A stretch of 64,000 nucleotides of DNA from Chiloscyllium plagiosum. Its lineage: Eukaryota. Below the pieces are notes generated by a model, which saw nothing but the letters and a program-made list of their open reading frames with translations, ran no database searches and was not told where the DNA came from. The stretch lies in assembly GCF_004010195.1 (NCBI RefSeq), contig NC_057719.1:19944480-20008479 (forward strand). The letters run 5' to 3'. This document shows positions 36,511 through 48,444 of the stretch, piece after piece. Every line of letters starts with the position of its first letter. Position 1 is the stretch's first letter. The translations under genes were made by a program, and so were the position numbers.

Positions 36511-36870
36511 CTTAGGAATCTCGATTGTCAAGTGAGCTGTCATCACCCTTCTCCACTCTGAAATGAATCAAGGAGAGTCAGGAAGGTAATGGCACTCAAT
36601 CCCCTTCTCTTGCCTCCATCCCAATTCTATGCCACCCAAACCTTTCACCCTCACTCCCCTGTACCTTCCCAAGCCCATCACCCAGCACAACCTACCTCTC
36701 AGCTTGGACCAGAGCAAAATTTATTTCCAATTTTTTTTGTTAAATGAGATTTTGCATCTCACTTTGGAATGTAGTGGATTGTGTGCAATGGAAAATCTGA
36801 TTTAGTGATGAGTTTGACATGCGGGAAGACCAATTCCTGCAGATTGTAGTTGGCGTTAACTATTTCATAT

Positions 36871-37825
36871 GTCATAGAGTCATAGAGATGTACAGCATGG
36901 AAACAGACCCTTCGGTCCATCCTGTCCATGCCAACCAGATATCCCAACCCAATCTAGTCCACCTGCCAGCACCCAGCCCATATCCCTCCAAACCCTTCCT
37001 ATTCATATACCCATCCAAATGCCTTTTAAATGTTGCAATTGTACCAGCCTCCACCACTTCCTCTGGCAGCTAATTACATACATGTACCACCCTCTATGTG
37101 AAAAAGGTGCCCCGTAGGTCTCTTTTATATCTTTCCCCTCTTGCCTTAAACCTATGCCCTCTAGTTCTGGACTCCCGACCCCCGTAATTTTGCCTATTTA
37201 CCCTATCCATGCCCCTCATAATTTTGTAAACCTCTATAAGGTCAGCCCTCAGCCTCCGACGCGCCAGGGAAAACGGCCCCAGCCTGTTCAGCCTCTTCCT
37301 GTAGCTCAAATCCTCCAACCCTGGCAACATCCTTGTAAATCTTATCTGAACACTTTCAAGTTCCACATCTTTCCGATAGGAAGGAGACCAGAATTGCATG
37401 CAAAATTCCAACAGTGGCCTACCCAATGTCCTGTACAGCCGCAACATGACCTCCCAACTCCAGTACTCAGTACTCTGACAAATAAAGGAAAGCATACCAA
37501 ACGCCTTCTTCACTATCCTATCTACCTGTGACTCCACTTTCAAGGAACTATGAGCCTGCACTCCAAGGTCTCTTTGTTCAGCAACACTCCCTAGGACCTT
37601 ACCATTAAGTGTATTAGTCCTGCTTAGATTTGCTTTCCCAAAATGCAGCACCTCGCATTTATCTGAATTAAACTCCATCTGCCACTTCTCAGCCCATTGG
37701 CCCATCTGGTCAAGATCTTGTTGTAATCTGAGGTAACCCTCTTCGCTGTCCACTACACCTCCAATTTTGGTGTCATCTGCAAATGTACTAACTGTACCTC
37801 TTATGCTCGCATCCAAATCATTTAC
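36871..37825 (-). mobile_element. Young HER1/CR1-type LINE, 5'-truncated
   Basis: ORF 37094-37858 contains FADDTK through RGERYKRDLRG; (CTATGACT) tail. Confidence 0.93.
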
Positions 37826-38329
37826 ACAACAATAGCAAATGAAAGCTCTGTCTGGCAATCTGTGTATAGTAATTTATGATCTAATTCAAATCAGCCTAGC
37901 CATTGAATGCATAATGTGAGTACATCAATCAATCTTTTAATCAATTAAATCCAACATCATCAAAGATTACCTCAGTGTTTTCAGGTGAATCAGTTTGTGA
38001 TATAGAAACACAGCAAAGAATTTATTTTGGTTGAGTTTTTACCGTATAGTAAAAAATGAGTTTCTAAAATCACACACAATTGTGGCATCATTGCTTTAGT
38101 CTTCACACCTGCATTTATTCAATCAAATATCTTTTCATGCTTGACTCACATTCAGGGCAGCTAATGAAAAGTAGAGGAGTTGAAAATCAAGGCAAACATT
38201 TTGAGATATTTGAAGGAAAACTGCCAGAAATTGACTTTGGCACTACCAGAAAATACCTTTGTGCAGAGATAGACATTGTTTCTGTGTCATGTTCCTCAGA
38301 GCTGTGTGTTAAACTCAACTCTTTTCAGT

Positions 38330-39150
38330 TGCCCCATCAAGGCCACAGAGGGTATGTTCAGTGAGAATTTCGTAATGTTCCATGTGATTTACAATTCCTC
38401 AGCTATTGAAGAAATCCATGCCTATATGTATCAAGACCTGGACAATATGGCCAACCTGTTGTCAAAAAACATTTGTTAAAAAATAGCAACTAACTATGTT
38501 TCACAGTTGCTCGGTAATGACAATTTATAACAAGAGAGTCTAAATTTCTATCCCTTGATATTCAAGAGAATGACAATTGCTGAATTCTCTATACTGCAGG
38601 CTCATCATTTATCAGAAACCTAACTGGACTAACCACATATATACTTGGCTACAAAAGCAGGCCAGAGGTTGGGAACTCTGTTTAAGATTTACAAGGCACA
38701 AGTTAGGAAGGTGATGGAATAGCATTCAAATGCTTGGATGAATGCAACTCCAACATAACTTCAGAAGCTCAAGACTATATAGGCAAGGCAGTTTATTTGC
38801 TCAACACCCTATACACTCCCTTAAATATTCACTCCCTCTGCATTGACACAAAGCGCCAGCAATGTGTGCCATTTACAAGATGCATTACAGAAACTTGCAA
38901 GTGCTCTTTTGGTCAGACCTTTCAAACCCATGACTTTGACCAACTAGAAGAATGAGGATGGAAGACACCTGAGACTATCACCAGCTGCAAGCTTTTCTGC
39001 ATAACACTCTGATTACCATTCTCCCATTCCTGCCAGCCTTCACTATTGATAGATCAAAATCCTTGAATTCTCTTTCTAATAGTCCTGGTCTGTATTTAAT
39101 GCAGATGGATTGAGGCTCACCGCCAAGCTCAGCAGTGCTTAGAACCCATA
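38330..39150 (+). mobile_element. Old LINE 3' part (second CR1/L2-like family)
   Basis: GMFSENFVMF (decayed FADD motif) and MYQDLDN. Homologous to the minus-strand element at 61200-62450. Confidence 0.6.
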
Positions 39151-40559
39151 AACAAAAGTTTTGAAAGTGTGCTTTTTTGATACATTACATAAACCAATCT
39201 CGAATGTACAGAACAAATGAAATGACGGATATGAATTTTCCCCATTTTGGCGCTATTTAATTGGTTTCGGTGTTTTTCAAAATAAGCAATGTAAGTACTT
39301 TAATTTGAAAGCTACTTTTAATAATATGCAGGAACAAAACTATCTTCCATAAAAAGCAGAAATTAATCATAATTACAATTGGTGTGGAAAAATTACTGAC
39401 TGAAACATTTTGGGGAAAAAGTCCTTATTTGTAAGTAATATATCGTGAGTAATCAAACAGTCACTGACTGAACAATAAAAAGAGACCAGCTTTTCAAAGG
39501 AATGAATAGAATCATTGAATGGTGACTGCAGAGAAGGAGGTCATTTTGTCTTCTGAGTCAAAGCCAGGGGCAATTTAGCTGGATCCACTCTCCCAACATT
39601 TTTCCATAGCCCTGTGATTTCTTTTCCCCTCAGATACTGACCAATTCCTTTTGAAAACCATGACTGAATCTGCTTTCACCACTTTTTCAGCCAATGAATT
39701 CCAAGTTGCCACCATTCACTGGGCAAAATAAGGGTTTTCCACATGTCAGATTTGGCCTATACCAATCATTGTCATTCAGTAACCTTTGGGTTAAATTAAA
39801 GTGGAAAAAAAAGAAAAGGAAATTATCGATGTTTCAGAATTACAAGCACATAATGCAGCTAATATCATTCCTGCTTCATTTTTCTTGATGTTAATATAGC
39901 AATACCCAAGATTAGTACAGTACCTAACAGTGAGCCACTTTACACTGATAATCTGAAAATTCTTTTTCTGTTTCCCCATTCTATCTTTTGCGAAAGATCG
40001 GTGGAAACCCTGCTGATGAAACTACCTTGCTTGTTCTTTCAGACTTCCATCGCTCTTCAGCCAACGTGGGACAGTCCATCAAAAATTCCTGCTTACAAGT
40101 CAAAATGATGGAGTGATGTTGCAGCAAGACTTTTTCATGTACTTGAGATGGATTCTTTTCATTGCAATTTTAACAGGAATGTTATACTTGTTTAAAATAA
40201 ATCGATTAGTGCCTCCAGTGAGATTGATTCGCTGCTTCCAGGGATCTCACAATTATTTACCCAAAAATGAGTTATGCAAAATATATTTGCTGCATTCATT
40301 GAATAAGTGACTATTCTGATTTTCCACAATGTTCCTATTATAACTTCAACAGTTATTAAAATATATTGCATTTATATAGCATTCTTGTAAATTACTGAAT
40401 ATCTCCCTGCATTTCAAAACCAATGAGTACTTTTGAAGTTTAATCATCGCTGTAATGTAAGAAACAGATAACAATGATTACATTTGAATGTACTTAATTG
40501 GACAGAAAGCACTTTGAAATCGTGAAAGACACCTTATAAATGCAACTTTCTTTTTTTGA

Positions 40560-41340
40560 TTGATAAGGGCTCCAGCCAGAGCTCCTCTGATCCACCTGTA
40601 CATTTTCTCTTTCCTTTTCAAACTTCTGCTTTAAACTTACCTGGAGGGGAATGGAGGAGGCAACCCCCAGATCGGAGGCTGTCTCACGTGCGTCCCAGAC
40701 CAGGCTGGCACAGGAGGTGGGTCCTGGAGGAGAGTTCCATACTGGAAGATCCTGTGGGGAGACATGCCCCTTGCAGACTGGAGGCCATCATGGGGAGGCG
40801 AGTCCTGGAGTTGAGTCCTGGACTGGAGGCCATCAAGGGGAGGTGAGGCCCTTGTGGACTGAAGGCAAGGCCTCAGGTTTTATAGCCTGGTGTGGTCTAG
40901 ATGCTTGGTGCTGGCATGAATTAGGGTGAAAAGGACTGTAAATCAAGTACTTTTTTGTTTCCTTTTCATTCTTATGCTGTACTTTTATTATTCTTTCAGC
41001 TTTGTACCAAATACTTAAGTGTCTGTGGAGAAAGTGAGGACTGCAGATGCTGGAGATCAGAGCTGAAAAATGTATTGCTGTAAAAGCACAGCAGGTCAGG
41101 CAGCATCCAAGGAGCAGGAGAATTGACGTTTTGGGCATAAGCCCTTCTTCAGGGCTTATGCCCGAAACGTCGATTCTCCTGCTCCTTGAATGCTGCCTGA
41201 CCTGCTGCGCTTTTCCAGCAACACATTTTTCATCACTTAAGTGTCTGTGCCTGAGTATCTTGTACCAAAGATGGGCCATAAGCGGTGACATTGAAACTTT
41301 TCACTGCGCTCGTTCTAATTTTAATTCTAATTCTTTTACC
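40560..41340 (+). repeat. Unclassified GC-rich element with internal tandem duplication
   Basis: GACTGGAGGCCATCA(T/A)GGGGAGG at 40777 and 40821. It hosts the PLE insert at 41028-41234. Confidence 0.4.
41028..41234. mobile_element. Fold-back PLE mini-element with 15-bp TSD
   Basis: ACTTAAGTGTCTGTG at 41013-41027 and 41235-41249. The arms pivot at GGGCATAAGCCCTTCTTCAGGGCTTATGCCC. Confidence 0.9.
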
Positions 41341-41482
41341 TTTAATTGGTATTCTTTCTGTAGGTTGTTTGGTCCTTTACAATTTTATAAACTAAATTGA
41401 AATGGAAGTAAGAACAATAGCATAAGAACAAAACTTTTCACTGTATTCAGATACACGTGACAACAATAAATCAAATCAAATC

Positions 41483-41686
41483 ATAAATAAAATGATTCCT
41501 AGGAAAGCTAGAGTGAAGAATGGTAAGAAGCAGATATGGTTAAGGAAGTAATAAATAAAACCTTCCTGAGTAAAGTTTGAGTGAAGATTGGTAAGGAACC
41601 ATTATGGTTAAAGAAGTAATAAATAGAACATTCGTGAGTAAAATTCGAGTGAAGAGTGGTAAGGAACAGATATGGTTAAGGAAGGA
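41483..41686 (+). repeat. Three tandem 68-bp units derived from the H2B N-tail coding sequence
   Basis: GAGTGAAGA recurs at 41511, 41579 and 41647. The third unit runs in frame into RKENYS. Confidence 0.85.
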
Positions 41687-41956
41687 GAATTACTCCCTAC
41701 AAATTAATGGAGCAGGTTCAACCAAACACCATCACATTCTCCAAGATCACGCACACTATGAACTTGTTTATGAAGAATGTTTGTGAGAGTGTCACGGGTG
41801 AAGCTTCCCACCTGGCACATTTCATCAAGCACTCAGCAAACATCTCCAGAGAGAGCCTGACCTCTGAAAATGCCTGCTGCTGCCTTAGAGGAAACTAGTC
41901 AAGCTTGTGGTGTGCTCGGAAGAAGCGTTGTGACCAATTGCACCAGCTCCAAGTAA
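41619..41956 (+). pseudogene. H2B: Histone H2B pseudogene (frameshifted, highly diverged)
   Basis: RKENYS / YKLMEQVQPNTITFSKITHTMNLFMKNVCESVTGEASHLAHFIKHSANISRE / LLLP / VVTNCTSSK* aligns colinearly with H2B [71 protein letters not shown]. Confidence 0.88.
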
Positions 41957-43456
41957 AACTCCATAATGCATGAAAAATAGAGTGCTTTTTAATGCCCGAA
42001 ATGTCTGCCTGATTTGTCCATACGCATTACAAGAAAAGAAACACTTGACAACTGTTTCAAAAAGGTGCAAAAGAATGGCAAAACAATTCAAACACATTTC
42101 AGGCACAGCTAGAAGCATTTTCTCACACCTTCTGTTCTGCTGAACATTTTAGCGAAATTTGAAGTGGGCTGCTGCACCATGCTGTTTGTTCAATTTTACT
42201 CACTTCTTTAGTGTTTGGTTTATGCATATGCCTTCAAACTACCTTCACTGGTCCCTGCTCACAATTCTCAGAAATAAAAGGTTAATAAATTCCCTGAATA
42301 ATTCACTTTTGCTTAGGAATTCTATGGTGTTTTTCCCTTATGATTTATGGCGGTAACTCTTTATGCAAGAACATATCACAGCTGAGAACACTTTGTGTAT
42401 TTGTTTTTTGCCTTTATTGTTGAGCTTCTTGAATTTTTCTCTGAGAGTTAACATTTTTGACAAACTTAGTCCAATTTTATACCTCAGTGTGAATTCATCT
42501 GATGAGCAAGATACATTCTGAGATTGATTAAAGGGTTTAACCTACAAGGTAGTTTCAGAATAGTCATCTTTTAAGATTCTGATGAGAGCATGTGGTTTTT
42601 AAATAGTGACATATTATTGGGTTACGCTGTTCATTGATGAGCACAATTCTCTATCCACACAAATCACTACCTGCCACATGCCAATATTTTGGAGCATGAA
42701 GTCTCAGCATGAACTTCACACAGTTCACAACATTAGGTTTTAGGCATTTTGAAGCAAACAGCAAATTGATCTGAGCTGGAAAAGGTAGAGGTGGATGTCC
42801 CAATTGGAAACCAAGGTTCAGGACCAAGAGTTGGAGATCAAAGTTTGGAAGCTATGGATTAGGAATGACAGTGATGGAGCGCTCTTCAAACGTTTGCACC
42901 TGTGGACTCTACATTGACAGAAGTAAATTTGCACGCCTGATTTCTTTAGTTATTAATTATGCTTTTTATTGATTTGTCTGGCACAAGGGAAATGATGTTT
43001 GCCCCTCAAGGTAAAAATGACCATGTCTGAAGTATATGGTTGGCTTCCAATGAGTATGTTGCTGATTGCTCAGGCTGATTTGTACCTTGAAGGTTATTCT
43101 TCAAACAGGAAGGAATGCCACAGACTATTGAGTTTTCAATGATCTGCTGCTCATCAACTGCATTCCATCCACTTGTGTTGTGCACTTGCTTTTGAAGAAG
43201 GTACAGTGATCTGATATCTGTTTGGACTTAGATTTGATATGAAAATTCCTAAGCAAAGCGTTCAGAGTGCCCTTCATCATGTTTCCTTTGACTGCAATGA
43301 GAGTACACTCCACACTTCAACCATCTGTTCAAGATTTGTTTAAATAACTGATTAACAGGTATTCTAATTTTAAGAATTACTCAACTCTATTGTGACTGAT
43401 TTAGTGTGGTATAGCTGCTTGGTAAATCAGCTCAGGTGACCAACTCAGTATTATTT

Positions 43457-43763
43457 TCATAGAATTGCTACAGCGTGGAAACAGACCATTTGGCCCATCG
43501 AGTCCACACCAATCCTCCGAAGAGCATCCTACCTTGACCCACCTCTTATTGTGTCCCTCTAACCCTGCATTTCCCATGGCAAATCCATCTAGCTGACATA
43601 TTCCTAGACACTATGGGCAATTGAGCAATGCCAATTTACCTAACCCGGACTGTTGGAGGACATGCAGACACAGGGAGAACATACACACTCCACTCAGTTA
43701 CCCAAGTTTGGAATCAAACCCTTGTGAGGCAACAATGCTAACCACTGAGGTGCCGTGCAGCCC
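43457..43763 (-). mobile_element. HE1-type SINE
   Basis: TGTGAGGCAACAATGCTAACCACTGAG head and CATAGAATTGCTACAGCGTGGAAACAG tail, both on the minus strand. Confidence 0.85.
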
Positions 43764-44920
43764 CATTTATTGTCTTGCCGCCTGATCTTTAGAAGTTCCG
43801 AAAGCTGCTCAATGAAAGTTGTTGAGTTTCTTAGCATGATGCTAACACACAGTCGAAGTCTCCCAGGTTTAGGGTAGAATGGGCAGGACAATTGTTAGGC
43901 AGTCATTCAGCTGGGTAGGCAGACTTAAGTGAGCATCTCAAGAGGCTGTTGTCTGTTTAATAGAATATGCAAAGAGTTGTAACTTGTTTCCCATTGTACC
44001 TATATACCTTTTTATTCAATCACTAATACAGCAGACAGATTGATACTTAGAGCTGTGTATCCATAGAAGGTCAGAAACCTATAAAAGGGTTAATGGAAAT
44101 ATGCAAGTTCCCCACACTCACTCTCCTTTACCACAGGAAGGCATGGAGTTGTGGGGGTAAAGGAATAGGAACTGTTCAAAATTAACCCCATTGTTTCATT
44201 GAATTACTTTTATCAGGAAAAATCACAATATTTATTTTGCTTCATATGTGAAAACCATCAAAGGATTTTTTTTCCTGTACTTCAGAGGGTTACTTTAAAC
44301 TGTTTCTTGGTACTTTAATGTTGTACTTGCACTCTTGCAGATAGACATCATGAAGCTATTATACTGAACGTGCATTGTGATTGGGAAAACTCATTTCCTC
44401 GTCTCTTGAAACTAGATTTTCAAGGGGAAAACATCACTAAAAATCAATCAACTTTTGTTTCTAGATATTTTTAAAATTCAATTTTAGGTTTTGCTTTAGT
44501 TATCAACTACAAGCAAATTTGACTATACAGAACACCTGCATTGTTTCTATTTATACAGTCAACAGAATTCGCATGATTAATTGTCATGGGTTCAACTAGC
44601 AGTTCCAAGTGTTTACCCGGGACACCTAAAAGTTAGACTCCATGGATATTGCTGTTCTTCAAACATTTGAGCAGACTGGGTTTAGGCCTTTCCACTTATT
44701 GTGGCTACAGCAAGTTGTTTGAATTCTTTGTGAAATGAAGTTGTTTTATGCCACATTGATGAATGGCTGAAAATGCAAGGGAACTTGCTCCAAGCTTGTT
44801 TGAAGTTTTGGTGCAGGACATAGAACAGTGAAGAGTTATTGTGTACCAGCGAGAACATGAAAACCCTTGAGAATGTGCTTAGGAGACAATAGGTAGCAAT
44901 AGTAATCAATATCAGGACTG

Positions 44921-46126
44921 GGAGAACGAGAGGCCTGTAGATGCTGGAAATCGGAGTAAAAATGTGTGGTGCTGGAAAAGCACAGCTGGTCAGAGAGCAA
45001 CCAAGGAGCAGAGGAGTTGCTGTTTTGAGCATTAGCTCTTCATCAGGAAGTTGAAGGGGATAGGGGTCCCAAGGGGGAGAGAGGTAAATGGGAGGGCAGT
45101 GGGGCTGGGGATAAGGTAGCTAGGAATGCAATAGGTAGATGAAGAGCTAATGTGGAGGTGATGATGATAGGTTGGAGTGGAGAGTGCAGCAGATAGGTGG
45201 GAAGGAAGATGGACAGGTAGTACAGCTCAAGAGGGCAGTGCTGTGTTGGCGGGTTGGACCTGGGATAATGTGGAGGGGAGGAGAGATGAGGAAACTGGTG
45301 AAATCAACATTTATTCCATGTGGTTGGAGCGTCCCAAGGCAGAAGATGAGATGTTCTTCCTCCAAGCCTCGGGTGGCTCGGATTTGGCAGTGGAAGAGGA
45401 CCAGGACTTGCATGTTCTTGGTGGGGTGGAAGGGGGAGTTGAAATAGTCTCTCCCTCCTTAGGTCCACTACCCCCACCAACCCACTCTACATTCCCAATA
45501 CCTTTCCTTGCCACTTCAAGAGATGTAAAACCTGCACTTGCACCTACCCCTTCTCCTCCATCCAAGGCTCCAAAGGATCCTTCCACATCCAACAGAGATT
45601 TTCTTGCACATCCAAACACCTCATGTACTGTGCCAGTTGCTCTCATTGTGGTCTCCTTAACATTGAGGAGATAGGACACCAACTTCTCGAATGTTTCTTG
45701 GAACATCTCTGGAACACACGCACTAAACAACCCTACCACCCTGTGACCAAATATTTCACCAACCCCTCCCACTCTGCCAAGGACATGCAAGTCCTGGACT
45801 TCCTCCACCGCTAGTTTCCTCATCTCCCCTCCCTCTACGTTATCCCAGATCCTCCAACTCAGCACCGCCCCCTTGAATTGTCCTACCTGTCCATCTTCCT
45901 TCCCATCTATCTGCTCTACCTTCCTCTCCAACCTATCACCATCACTCCCCACCTTCATCTACCTATCACATTCCCAACTACATTTTCCCCGGCCCCACCT
46001 CCCTCCCATTTATCTCTCAGTCCCTTGAACCACCCCCCATTCCTGATGAAGAGCTTATATTTGAAACGTTGACTTTCCTGCTCCTCAGCAGCTGCCTGAC
46101 CTGCTGTGCTTTTCCACGGCCACACT
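44921..46126. mobile_element. PLE with inverted 5' pseudo-LTR (44921-~45443, -) and GIY-YIG remnant plus pseudo-LTR (~45444-46126, +)
   Basis: FPCHFKRCKTC Cys motif, MYCASCSHCGLLNIEE (decayed GIY-YIG), LEEEHLIFCLGTLQP. TSD AATATCAGGA(C/T)TG at 44908-44920 and 46127-46139. Hammerhead-like motif at 46043-46070. Confidence 0.88.
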
Positions 46127-46514
46127 AATATCAGGATTGTGGTTCAACAGTCACAGGTGATGGACGAGAAGAAAAATCAATGAAATTCACCTTCAAATAA
46201 CATATTCAAGCAATTGCATGCTTATCGTCATCAACTGTCCAATTCACTACACCTTCATTGCTCATCTTTTCACTTTATATGAATTATTGTTAGCTGAATC
46301 AGTTCAAATGACTACTTATAACAAAATGAAATAATTATGTTGGCCAACTCTTCCTTTTATGATATTTTTTTTAATAATGTCAGAATACTTTAGATATTAT
46401 GTGTTCAGTCGACCAATCTGTGTCAAAGCATAAAAGAACATTCTGAAAAGAAGCAATCTTCCAATAAAAGGAGGAAAAAAGCATTCAATCAATATTATTG
46501 TGGAGTAGTAAAAG

Positions 46515-46650
46515 GGAAGGTTGCCATAATTCTACAGTACAATTGGGCTGCTCTCTCATTAGAGAGAAAAGACTGATGGTGGTTTAACCTGAGAATCATC
46601 ACATCTCAGGTGAGGGGAAAGGTTGAGGAGGCAAATCCATCCTGGCAACC
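46515..46650 (-). mobile_element. tRNA SINE (family B) fragment
   Basis: Homologous to 9595-9735. Confidence 0.55.
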
Positions 46651-48444
46651 TGTGGAGTGGTAGGGATAACTAGCTGTTATAAGACACTGATGTCTTTGGC
46701 AGATAGTTTTTCTGATTAACTATCTTGTAACATTAAAGTAGGTGCTAGTAAGTGATGATATCTCTCCATTTTTTACCATCTGCTTCCTCTTCCTCTTTGC
46801 TTTGAGAAAATTGTAGTAAGCACGCTTTGGACTACTGCACTTAAGTCTATAGATTGAAGTTCTCCCAGATACACTGGCTTGCTGGTTGTCCCTTTGTGGA
46901 TTCTATACTGTCATGGGAGCTATGTGCTAACATTTTAAATATTCAAGGCAACAATGTCTTTCTCGGCTACAATTGGTCTGAAGTCCTTGAATCTCTAGTC
47001 TGTCCTTAACTTCAATCAACTCTCTCTCACTCCAGTATTATTGCAACCTCTTTATTTATATTATGATATACATCATACTAAAAACAACTCAAGAACAGTT
47101 TTTCGCAAGTCTCTATTAGGTATTTCCCGCTTTCTGTTCTTCCATGCTGATCTCTGTTATATCAATGTCACTTCAGATTAAATCATTATCATTAAAATTT
47201 CTTTCCCATTGTACTACATTCCTGTAATTGGGAAGTTTTCAGTTCTTTGGTCACTAAAATTAAAATTAACATGTATTGTTATGTGATGAGGGAAAGGATT
47301 AAATTAGAAGTATGTGCTGATACTATCTACAGTTTGCGGCTGTGAAGGGATGGTAGGATAAGAAAAAACTGGAAGAAAGACTTGATATGAAACTACTCTC
47401 ACCATTTAGCTATCCAGTCTCGCTAATGGCTGCAGTATTAGTAATGCTCTATTCCATGCAAGCTAACATTGTCACCTCCATGGAAGTTAAAGCTGTGAAA
47501 TATTTGGATGGTATGGTCTTCTGGTTGAATCAGTGCAGGTAAACTGTGATTTGTGATTGCAAGTCATCCCATAGGGTCTTTAAAACAATCACCACTGTTG
47601 TGCTTTTGGCAAAGTTGCCATGTAAAATATATCAGGTTGTGACAAGCCCATTGTTTTGCCATCCATTACTGACCTGGTTCTCTAGAAAAAAAAAACCTTT
47701 ATCTGGGTACAGGATCCAACTTTGATTTTTGTGGACAAACGTGCAGACCTTTCAGTATCCATTAGTGAGTTGCTGGAGCTGCTAGTCAATAATTGACTGA
47801 AATCTCTCAAAGGCAGGACTTACTCCCTCTGAGGAACGGATGTCTGATTCTCACCTTTTAATGATGGCCTAAATCTTATCACTGGCTGTGTCTATGGACT
47901 GACATTTCTTTGAGGGGTGAGCAATCATTGCACCCCACCCTCGTGATATTCATCCCATAGCAAAGACTGTAGTAGGCTCAGATAAGTGGCATGAATTGAA
48001 TGGCTGAATGATGAGCGGAGATTGTTGTGATGTAATGAGTTGAGCAGTTGTAAACAAATTCTGGGTTTTAGATTTTAGTCTCATCGTTAGTTTGGTTAAT
48101 TTGGTCATTTTTAGAAGCTTTTTGAGAACACATGTATTCTTCAGGTCTAAAAAAGGCAAGATACCATTTTGTGTTAACATAGACACTACTTTGATCATGG
48201 CACTATAACAATCCCAGAACACTGACAAATCAGAATTATAAACAGCATTCAACAACGAGTGATTAATTAGAGGAAGACACTGAAGTATATTGTAATTGAA
48301 GGATAAATAATTAATCAACAAGGTGTATTTTATTAATTTCTACAAATTTCACTACGGCATTTTAAAATGTGTGGTGAAAACAGACTTTGCGAAAATCAGG
48401 AGAAAAACAGGAGGGTCTTATCAGCAGTGTCTCTCTCTGGCACT

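Noticed and set aside
40030..40115. Candidate exon after a TTCTTTCAG acceptor
   Set aside because: No recognisable protein and no convincing donor site.
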